This document shows positions 10,185-17,188 of a stretch of DNA of 64,000 bases, piece by piece. Source of the stretch: an uncultured Bacteroidales bacterium (GTDB lineage Bacteria > Bacteroidota > Bacteroidia > Bacteroidales > GCA-2711565); NCBI GenBank assembly GCA_942491855.1, contig CALOCL010000003.1:39497-103496 (forward strand), written 5' to 3'. Each line of letters starts with the position of its first letter. Within the stretch, counting starts at the first letter, position 1. The position numbers and the translations under genes were made by a program. Under the pieces are notes generated by a model. The model was not told where the DNA came from, ran no database searches, and was given only the letters and a program-made list of their open reading frames with translations.

Positions 10185-10538
10185 ATGAAAACACAGAAGA
10201 GACAAACTAGCGAGAATTACATCAAAGAGATTCGCAGAAAAACCAGAAGGATCTTTAGCTCTGAACAGAAACTTCAAATTGTTATGGAAGCATTAAGAGC
10301 AGAGACCTCTATTGCTGAATTATGCAGAAAGTATGCCATTAATGAATCCCAATTTTACAAGTGGAACAAAGAGTTTTTAGAAGCTGGCAAAAAACGATTG
10401 GCAGGAGATACGACAAGAGAAGCTACCAGCGATGAAGTATCGGAACTTAGAAAAGAAAACCAACGGTTAAAAGAACTGGTTGCTGATTTAGTACTTCGAT
10501 ACGATATTGTAAAAAAAAGCTTATCCATGCTGGATTAA
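10185..10538 (+). CDS. IS3-family transposase OrfA (HTH)
   Basis: 117 aa. HTH region SIAELCRKYAINESQFYKWNKEF followed by a leucine-zipper-like ELRKENQRLKELVADL. Confidence 0.9.
   Translation: MKTQKRQTSENYIKEIRRKTRRIFSSEQKLQIVMEALRAETSIAELCRKYAINESQFYKWNKEFLEAGKKRLAGDTTREATSDEVSELRKENQRLKELVADLVLRYDIVKKSLSMLD
10511..10518 (+). promoter_or_regulatory. Programmed -1 ribosomal frameshift site (A-AAA-AAA-A) joining OrfA to OrfB
   Basis: A8 run read as GTA AAA AAA AGC in the orfA frame. The -1 frame is open from here (KKKLIHAGLTVKFKKYM) into orfB. Confidence 0.75.
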
Positions 10539-10558
10539 CTGTAAAATTTAAAAAGTAT

Positions 10559-11560
10559 ATGCGTTTTACAGTATCAGAAAAACAAGAAATCATCCATATG
10601 GTGGTTCGCTCAGAGCTTGGGGTAAATAGAACACTCAAGCAGATTGGTATTAATAAAAGTACCTTCTACAATTGGTATCATGCTTATAGCCAATATGGAG
10701 TTGAAGGATTAATACCGAATAAAAGATGCTCCAATCGTCAATGGAACAGTATTCCTCAGGAACAAAGGAATCTCGTTGTTAGATTTGCATTGGATTACCC
10801 AGAGTTATCATCGAGAGAATTAGCCTACAAAATAACCGATGAACAACAAATATTTATCTCTGAATCGAGTGTTTATAGAATCTTAAAAGCACGAGGGTTA
10901 ATTACTGCTCCAGCTCATATTTTTCTTAGTGCAGCTGACGAGTTTACCACCAAGACAAGCTTTATTCATCAGATGTGGCAAACCGATTTTACCTACTTTA
11001 AAATCCTGGGTTGGGGCTGGTATTACCTGAGTACCATTTTAGACGATTACAGCAGATATATCGTACACTGGGAGCTTTGTTCTAATATGAAAGTTGAGGA
11101 TGTGAAAAGAACAATAGATAGAGCTATTGTAAAAGCTAAAATCATCAGCAAACAAAGGCCTCGGCTACTATCAGATAATGGTTCTTGTTACATCGCAGCA
11201 GAATTGAAATCGTATTTGAAGGATTATCATCAAATGGATCAGGTTCACGGAAAACCTAATCACCCACAAACACAGGGAAAAATCGAGCGCTATCATAGAA
11301 CGATGAAAAATGTGGTGAAACTTGATAATTACTATGCTCCTGAAGAACTGGAAAGAGCTTTGGAGAAGTTTGTTTATCGCTATAATAATGAGCAATATCA
11401 TGAATCAATAAACAACTTAACCCCAGCAGATGTATATTATGGGCGAGGTGAGCAAATTTTAAATGAACGTAAAAAACTAAAAAATCAAGCCTTTATATAC
11501 AGAAGAAATGAGTACAAAAAATTTAAAAAATTAACTAAACAAGTAAATTATTATCTTTGA
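10559..11560 (+). CDS. IS3-family transposase OrfB (DDE/rve integrase core)
   Basis: 333 aa. WQTDFTYF (first D), LLSDNGSCY (second D) and GKIERYHRTMK (E) form the DD(35)E pattern. Confidence 0.9.
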   Translation: MRFTVSEKQEIIHMVVRSELGVNRTLKQIGINKSTFYNWYHAYSQYGVEGLIPNKRCSNRQWNSIPQEQRNLVVRFALDYPELSSRELAYKITDEQQIFISESSVYRILKARGLITAPAHIFLSAADEFTTKTSFIHQMWQTDFTYFKILGWGWYYLSTILDDYSRYIVHWELCSNMKVEDVKRTIDRAIVKAKIISKQRPRLLSDNGSCYIAAELKSYLKDYHQMDQVHGKPNHPQTQGKIERYHRTMKNVVKLDNYYAPEELERALEKFVYRYNNEQYHESINNLTPADVYYGRGEQILNERKKLKNQAFIYRRNEYKKFKKLTKQVNYYL

Positions 11561-11771
11561 AATTAAAACCTAAATACTCTCTTAGGAAAAGTCCAAATTA
11601 GTTTGAAGACGTACAATATAATCAAAATTGAAATTGCTTACACTTAATGTGTCCGTAAATATTTTGTAACCTGCAGTTTGTGCATACATCCTATTAAACA
11701 TATTGGCCATAAACTAATACGAGTTTGATAAATTAAACTATTCACACTAACAACATTGAGTCTTATTGGTC

Positions 11772-11860
11772 TAGCTGAAGTTTGTTTCAGCTAAACCTGC
11801 CTGACGAAGGCTGTGGGCTGGTCTTAATTGCTTCGTGCTTCGCACCCCTGTAATTAAGAC
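11772..11860. other. Two adjacent stem-loops in an unassigned, locally GC-richer 270-bp segment (possible structured RNA or element relic)
   Basis: Hairpin 1: TAGCTGAA-gtttgt-TTCAGCTA (11772-11793). Hairpin 2: GTCTTAATT (11821-11829) pairs with AATTAAGAC (11852-11860) and encloses GTGC-ttc-GCAC (11835-11845). Confidence 0.3.
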
Positions 11861-11883
11861 TTATTTGATTCTATGAGGATCTA

Positions 11884-12114
11884 CACCAAATTACAAGTGT
11901 AAATTTCGAACTAAATGATGTTTGGCACACTTTTAAGAAAGGTCACAGAATTGTAATTTATGTTCAAAGCTCTATGTTCCCGGTAATCGATAGAAACCCA
12001 CAAGTATTTACAGATATATATTCTGCTAAACCGAATGATTGTAGGTCTGCTACTAATATACTATTTCATTCTAAAAAACATCCAACTAATATAACTTTTA
12101 AAGTTCTTAAGTAA
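11884..12114 (+). pseudogene. 5'-deleted fragment (last ~76 codons) of a paralogous CocE/NonD hydrolase gene
   Basis: Translation HQITSVNFELNDVWHTFKKGHRIVIYVQSSMFPVIDRNPQVFTDIYSAKPNDCRSATNILFHSKKHPTNITFKVLK* aligns with the C-terminus of the 722..2941 product. An upstream in-frame stop and loss of similarity occur before 11884. Confidence 0.85.
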
Positions 12115-12243
12115 AAAATAATTTTAATAATAACACTTTGTTTTTTCTTTTGTAATGCTGATTTTTTTTGATTTTCAGGATTTAAAGATGCCTTGAGTAA
12201 GAAATAGCAGTGTCCAATCAAATCTTTACTTAAAAAATGATTG

Positions 12244-12534
12244 ATGAAAAAAGGTAAATATGTGATCACAAAGCATTCTCCAATTTTATTTATTCAAGGA
12301 ATCAAGCATAGTGAAATAGATTCTAATGCATGTAGTACAGGATTTTTTCATCTAATCGAGGATCCAAAATCCGATGAAGAGTTTCGGGTTGTTTGCCATT
12401 CGATGTCTTCTGTTTTGGGTTCTGGATTCGATTTCTTAGTCTTTGTCTTTACTCCGACTCTTCTTCCCGTTGTTCGCTTCAATAAAGATGTACATTTATT
12501 GTGTAATAATTACCCGTTTCAAATTAAACAATAG
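12244..12534 (+). CDS. Hypothetical small protein (96 aa)
   Basis: ATG at 12244. The N-terminal ~55 aa have a decayed paralogue at 3060..3219, which argues this part is or was coding. No family recognised, and the C-terminal half is hydrophobic and low in complexity. Confidence 0.45.
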   Translation: MKKGKYVITKHSPILFIQGIKHSEIDSNACSTGFFHLIEDPKSDEEFRVVCHSMSSVLGSGFDFLVFVFTPTLLPVVRFNKDVHLLCNNYPFQIKQ

Positions 12535-12569
12535 TTTATAATAGGCTGTAATATAACAAGTTGAAAGTT

Positions 12570-12585
12570 TGGCATTAAGATTGAT
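12570..12585 (+). promoter_or_regulatory. Sigma-54-like -24/-12 element TGGCAT-N5-TTGAT upstream of the FtsX permease gene
   Basis: TGGCATTAAGATTGAT has GG-N10-GA spacing identical to the element at 35009-35024 and lies 34 nt upstream of ATG 12619. Confidence 0.4.
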
Positions 12586-12618
12586 TTACTGAGAAAGCAT
12601 CAATTAAAAATATACATA

Positions 12619-14952
12619 ATGTTTAGAAATTATTTGATAATTATCTTAAGGAATTTTAAACGAAACTTCACATTTTCCTTAATCAATATTTTAGGCCTTA
12701 CTATTGGTCTAATAGTAAGTGTTTTGATTCTATTATATGTTGTAAATGAATTAACATATGATTCCTATCACAAAGACGCGAATAGAGTATACAGAATAAC
12801 TACCAAGATGGATATTGCTCAAATGAATGCACAGATGCATGACAATAAAGCAGTAGCACCTTTAGGTCCATTCTTAGTAGCTGGGTATCCAAAAATAACA
12901 GAATATACTAGAATCTCAGAAAAAGAGAACATTCAATTCTTACATAATAACAATCTATATAAAGAAGAAATATTTTACGCTGATTCGAGTTTTTTTGAAA
13001 TATTTACCGTCAACTTTCTTTATGGAAATCCAAGGAGTGCTTTAGTTGAACCAAATTCAATAGTTATAACCAAAGCAATTGCAGATAAATTTTTTGGAGA
13101 ATCAAATCCTTTAGGGAATTTTATCATTACCGATAAGAAAGAGCAATACAAAGTGACAGGTGTTGTAGAGTCCATTCCCGAAAACTCTCATTTTAAATTT
13201 GATATTCTTACTTCATTTTCCAAATTAGGCAGAAAGGATTCTTGGAATAACATCAATGACAAATACTCGACATACATTAAAATAGCATCAGATTATACTC
13301 CTTCAGAAGTTGATGTGGCGCTTTTACAAATAATTAAAGATCATTTATCAAGCAATCCAATGTTTGAGATATCCCTTTCCTTAGAACCTTTACAAGAAAT
13401 ATATCTTTATTATGGAGGAGGTGGAAATCTATCTAGGATCTTGTTATTTTCTGCCATTGGAATTTTCGTCTTACTAATTGCAAGTATAAATTTCATGAAT
13501 CTAAGTACAGCCCAATCAGCTACCAGAATGAAAGAAGTTGGGGTGCGAAAAGTAATTGGAGCCTATCGCAAGCAATTAGTCATGCAGTTTCTAGCTGAAT
13601 CTATTGTTTTTTGTTTGCTTGCTCTATTCCTTGCTCTGACAATTGCTGAATTATTAATCCCATCTTTTAATGGGTTTTTGCAAAAAAACTTAAAGATTAA
13701 TTACATTACTCAGTGGCCTCTAACCCTGGGATTTATATTCTTGGCCCTTTTTGTTGGTTTCTCAGCTGGAAGTTATCCTGCATTCTTTTTATCCTCTTTT
13801 AAACCTATAACAGCACTCAAAGGAAAATTTGTTGTTGGTACAGGCCAAAGTATATTACGAAATATTCTAGTTACATTTCAGTTTACAGTTTCCATATTTC
13901 TAATCTGCAGTACAGGCATTATTTACATGCAACTTAATCATATCAATAATACAGATCTAGGGTTTAAAAAAGAAGGTATAATGGTAATTGATTTACATAC
14001 AGGAAATGTAAACCCCGATTATTTAAAAAACGAGTTACTAAAATTACCTGAAATAGAGCAATTAACACTTGCGTCTAATTTTCCCTTTTTTGGCTTGAAT
14101 ATTACAAGCTTTCAAACAGAAGAATCTGAACAAGAATTTCAAGGATCCTTCAGCAGTGTTGATTTTAATTTTATCGACCTACTAGGTCTCGAAATAATTA
14201 AGGGCAGGCAATTTCTGAAAGAAAATTCAACTGATGATAAAAGTATAATTATTAATGAAACATTAGCAAAAGAACAAAATTGGGAAAACCCAATTGGCAA
14301 AACAATAAAGTACAAGGATGAGGATTATCGCGTTATCGGTGTAGTTAAAGATTATCACTATTCTCCTTTACACAATCGAATAAAACCAATATTTCTAATA
14401 TTATCTGATTTCTATATTTCAGAGGTTGGCTTAAAAATAGCTACTGATAATATTCAAGAAACAATCAAAAAAATTGAATCTGTATATAAAGATGTTGATG
14501 ATTCCGGAGAATTCAATTTCAGTTTCATGGATGAAAAAATCAAGAAAATGTATTTAGAAGAAAATCGTACAGGTAAAACTTTTATACTATTTACAATATT
14601 GGCCATATTCATTGCATCCATGGGGTTATATGGTTTAGCATCATTTGTAGCTAAACAGAGGACCAAAGAAATTGGCATAAGGAAGGTTTTAGGCTCAACG
14701 ATTAACGAAATTGTGATTAACCTTTCAACAGATTTCCTAAAACTGATATTAATAGCTACAGTAATAGCGATTCCAACATCCTGGTATTTTACAGAAAACT
14801 GGCTTCATAATTTTGCATATCAAGTGGGAAATCGCTGGTGGATTTTCGTTCTCTCAACAGTAGTTGCAGTTTTTATTGCATTTATCACAATACTTCATCA
14901 ATCTCTTAAAGCAGCAAAAGCAAATCCTGTAGATACTATTCGACATGAATAA
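12619..14952 (+). CDS. FtsX/MacB-like ABC transporter permease (no adjacent ATPase)
   Basis: 777 aa. N-terminal TM, MacB-like periplasmic domain, and two FtsX 4-TM modules each preceded by a conserved loop (EVGVRKVIGAYRKQL and EIGIRKVLGSTINEI). Confidence 0.9.
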   Translation: MFRNYLIIILRNFKRNFTFSLINILGLTIGLIVSVLILLYVVNELTYDSYHKDANRVYRITTKMDIAQMNAQMHDNKAVAPLGPFLVAGYPKITEYTRISEKENIQFLHNNNLYKEEIFYADSSFFEIFTVNFLYGNPRSALVEPNSIVITKAIADKFFGESNPLGNFIITDKKEQYKVTGVVESIPENSHFKFDILTSFSKLGRKDSWNNINDKYSTYIKIASDYTPSEVDVALLQIIKDHLSSNPMFEISLSLEPLQEIYLYYGGGGNLSRILLFSAIGIFVLLIASINFMNLSTAQSATRMKEVGVRKVIGAYRKQLVMQFLAESIVFCLLALFLALTIAELLIPSFNGFLQKNLKINYITQWPLTLGFIFLALFVGFSAGSYPAFFLSSFKPITALKGKFVVGTGQSILRNILVTFQFTVSIFLICSTGIIYMQLNHINNTDLGFKKEGIMVIDLHTGNVNPDYLKNELLKLPEIEQLTLASNFPFFGLNITSFQTEESEQEFQGSFSSVDFNFIDLLGLEIIKGRQFLKENSTDDKSIIINETLAKEQNWENPIGKTIKYKDEDYRVIGVVKDYHYSPLHNRIKPIFLILSDFYISEVGLKIATDNIQETIKKIESVYKDVDDSGEFNFSFMDEKIKKMYLEENRTGKTFILFTILAIFIASMGLYGLASFVAKQRTKEIGIRKVLGSTINEIVINLSTDFLKLILIATVIAIPTSWYFTENWLHNFAYQVGNRWWIFVLSTVVAVFIAFITILHQSLKAAKANPVDTIRHE

Positions 14953-14999
14953 AAAATAATCAATTCAATTTAATCTTAACAAACTTTAATTTTAAAACA

Positions 15000-15716
15000 A
15001 TGAAAAAAAGTATTCTAATATCAATATGCATCTATTTTTTAACTAGCCAGATAAATCTTTACGCTCAAGATAATAGTTCTGGAATCATTACATATTTAAA
15101 AAATACAGATATGCATGCATCTACTAAAAATGAACAGGTTAAAGCAATGATACCCCAATTTAGTGAATGTCAAATAATACTAAGTTATATGGATCGCTTT
15201 GCTCGTACTGAAAAAGTAGAAGGTAACTCTGAAGGATTTAGAACTTTTTATTTCGGTCTTTCTGATAATTGTATTTATGATTATAAAGAAAATATTTATC
15301 ACAATTTTGTTTGGTTACCAACAGGTAATTTTCTTGTAACTGGTAAAATCAAGGAAAGCAGTGCTGAAATAAAAACTGAAATAAAAGAAATTTTAGGTTA
15401 TTCATGCCGCAAAGCAGTTATCAAAACAGAGGACAAGGATATTGAAATTTGGTTTACTGATCAGATACCTGTACAAGTTTCACCTATGGGAGATCTAGGT
15501 GTTTCAGGGGCAGTCCTTGAAATCAATTCAATTAGTAGTCATACAACCTATACAGCTGCTTCTATTGACTTTAAGCCTATTGAAAGTAGTTTATTTATAA
15601 TTTCCGATGATATTAATAAAAAATATAAAAGAATGAGTTTTGAAAAATTCGATGAGATGATTAAAAACTTGAAAAAAGCTAAAAAAGGAAAAAAAGCTTA
15701 CACAATATCAAATTAA
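15000..15716 (+). CDS. GLPGLI family protein
   Basis: 238 aa with signal peptide. C-terminal region ILGYSCRKAVIK...EIWFTDQIPVQVSPMGDLGVSGAVLEI matches the W-T-x-x-IP / GP-x-GLPGLI-type pattern of this Bacteroidota family. Confidence 0.65.
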   Translation: MKKSILISICIYFLTSQINLYAQDNSSGIITYLKNTDMHASTKNEQVKAMIPQFSECQIILSYMDRFARTEKVEGNSEGFRTFYFGLSDNCIYDYKENIYHNFVWLPTGNFLVTGKIKESSAEIKTEIKEILGYSCRKAVIKTEDKDIEIWFTDQIPVQVSPMGDLGVSGAVLEINSISSHTTYTAASIDFKPIESSLFIISDDINKKYKRMSFEKFDEMIKNLKKAKKGKKAYTISN

Positions 15717-15801
15717 CATTTATCTTGTGCAAATAGCGGTCATAATTCTCATAAATTAGCTATTCTAATAAGGAGATAGTAATAGATTTTAAGAAATAAG
15801 T

Positions 15802-16163
15802 ATTCTTCTTCCATAAGATAATGCATCACTCATAAAATCAACAGACCATGTTTGATTGAGTGTAGTAGGTACAATTAGTGGTTCTTTTACTCTTGAAGGC
15901 AAGCGCCTTTTTCGTTTTCTACGGATATTTAACCCCATACTTCTATAAACCCTTAAGACACGCTTCCTGTTCCATTTTAAGCCTTCATTGCGTATGCGGT
16001 TGTAGTACTCATCAAAACCTCGTGTGGGGTGTTTCTCTGCCAGCTCATTAAGCCTGTCAATGACCGCTGTGTCATCCCGTTTGTTTTGATAGTACCACAT
16101 GGAGCGATGTAAATCAACCACCAAGCACGCCCTGTTTACACTTATTTGATATTCTTCTTGCAA
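15802..16163 (-). pseudogene. 3'-truncated IS3-family transposase OrfB
   Basis: ORF 15789..16163 matches the first 121 aa of the 277-aa OrfB at 27764..28597, then runs into unrelated flank. Confidence 0.9.
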
Positions 16164-16195
16164 ATAGCTTACCCGCTCTTTCTTTTCACAGGGCT

Positions 16196-16462
16196 TTAGA
16201 ACTTTTTTCCAAGTACGTCTTTTAACATCTCGTGGTCAAGACTAAGATCTGCATACATCCGTTTTAAACGCCTGTTCTCTTCTTCCAGTTCCTTGAGCTT
16301 TTTTAATTGATGGCTATCCATCCCGGAATACTTTTTCTTCCAATTATAGAATGTAGCTCTTGATATGCCATAGTCACGGCACAGATCTTTTACTTCTCTG
16401 CCAGCTTCATACTCCTTCAGTATCTTGATAATCTGGCTTTCACTAAATTTAATTCTTTTCAT
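16196..16462 (-). CDS. IS3-family transposase OrfA (copy in truncated element)
   Basis: 88 aa, identical to the product of 28630..28896. HTH region VKDLCRDYGISRATFYNWKKKY. Confidence 0.85.
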   Translation of the reverse strand: MKRIKFSESQIIKILKEYEAGREVKDLCRDYGISRATFYNWKKKYSGMDSHQLKKLKELEEENRRLKRMYADLSLDHEMLKDVLGKKF

Positions 16463-16527
16463 AATGACAATTTAAAGTTAAACATTTTGTCTAATTTTAA
16501 ACTGTCCGATTTTTAGGGAAGGCTACA

Positions 16528-17072
16528 TGGATACTTACAAAACCAAGTATCCCTTCAATATTTTAGAAGATAAACGTCAAAATGAACTCAATGATTTTCT
16601 GGATAAAATTGCAAAATACCAGGCAACGAAAATTTTAGTTTAATGGAACAGAATAAAATCAGAAAGTATTACAAACGTCAGGTATCAAGCCTTTTTGGGC
16701 GGTAATTTTGATTTGAGTAAAAAAACGAATGAAGTGTATCTGTAGCCTTCCCTAAAAATGTAGCCTTCCCTAAAAACCGTTCAAACCCTATGTGAGTAAC
16801 TGTTCATGCTTAACAGAAACGAAAACCGATTAAAAAATCATCAAGCCTATTTAACAAACATACTGGAAGGAGCCGGGGATAATTATCTGGGATCAGATGC
16901 CACCGCTAATTGGTATCGCAGAAACCTGAGAATTTTCGCTGACGCCTATGATTTAACCAATTTCGATCAACAAGAACGACTCTTGTTGATTTATGAATCG
17001 GGGTATGTATGGAAACTTCGGCAATTATTCACCGATTCGCCCGACTACGATTATGTGGAGGTAAATATTTAA
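16528..17072 (+). pseudogene. Disrupted hypothetical gene (resembles DUF5694-type Bacteroidota proteins)
   Basis: The fragment DTYKTKYPFNILEDKRQNELNDFLDKIAKYQATKILV-stop(TAA 16641-16643)-WNRIKSESITNVRYQAFLGGNFDLSKKTNEVY abuts IS ends on both sides. The C-terminal part (16806..17072, ...WYRRNLRIFADAY...LLLIYESGYVWKL) resumes after the solo IS-end doublet. Family assignment is from memory only. Confidence 0.6.
16741..16776 (+). repeat. Solo doublet of the 18-bp IS terminus TGTAGCCTTCCCTAAAAA, inverted relative to the truncated IS copy
   Basis: Two perfect tandem units (16741-16758, 16759-16776). They are followed by CCGTTCAAACCC instead of the IS interior sequence TCGGACAG. Confidence 0.9.
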
Positions 17073-17188
17073 AATTATACAAGTCTAAATTATTTTTTGA
17101 TTTGTCTTATTCACAATTGACACAAGTCTTATTTTTTTTGTCAAACTTCATTTTTCAATTAAACGTATCTTCGCAAAAAGTTTGTTTT

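Larger units (their letters stand above)
10106..11615 (+). mobile_element. Intact IS3-family insertion sequence (about 1510 bp)
   Basis: Imperfect terminal inverted repeats starting TGTA...: left TGTAAATCGTC..TGGACT..CTAAGAGAGTGTTT, and the reverse complement of the right end TGTACGTC..TGGACT..CTAAGAGAGTATTT. ATA occurs on both flanks (10103-10105, 11616-11618). orfA/orfB lie in 0/-1 frames with an A-run slippery site. Confidence 0.9.
15802..16527 (-). mobile_element. Truncated copy of the IS3-family element at 27737..29015 (IRL, orfA and the first ~120 codons of orfB)
   Basis: By eye, 15802-16527 is identical to 28236-28961 (offset 12434). Identity stops inside orfB at 15802 and after one 18-bp terminal unit at 16527. 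Confidence 0.9.

Noticed and set aside
11798-11812. CUGACGA followed by AGG, reminiscent of the hammerhead ribozyme CUGANGA core
   Set aside because: I could not find the matching GAAA core element, a cleavage-site helix or a three-way junction in the surrounding sequence.
12400-12534. C-terminal half of the 12244 ORF (SVLGSGFDFLVFVFTPTLLPVVRF...), considered as a separate membrane peptide or read-through artefact
   Set aside because: There is no independent start or paralogue support. I kept it within the hypothetical CDS at low confidence rather than calling a separate feature.
12546-12560. CTGTAATATAACAAG, considered as an enhancer site related to the CTGTAAAA palindrome at 34926
   Set aside because: Only one half-site matches, and it lies about 20 nt from the putative -24 element, too close for an enhancer-binding-protein site.
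17009-17188. N-terminal 60-aa extension of the MATE transporter ORF suggested by the ORF track
   Set aside because: It overlaps the 3' end of the disrupted upstream gene and has no MATE-like sequence. The family N-terminus begins at the in-frame GTG at 17189.
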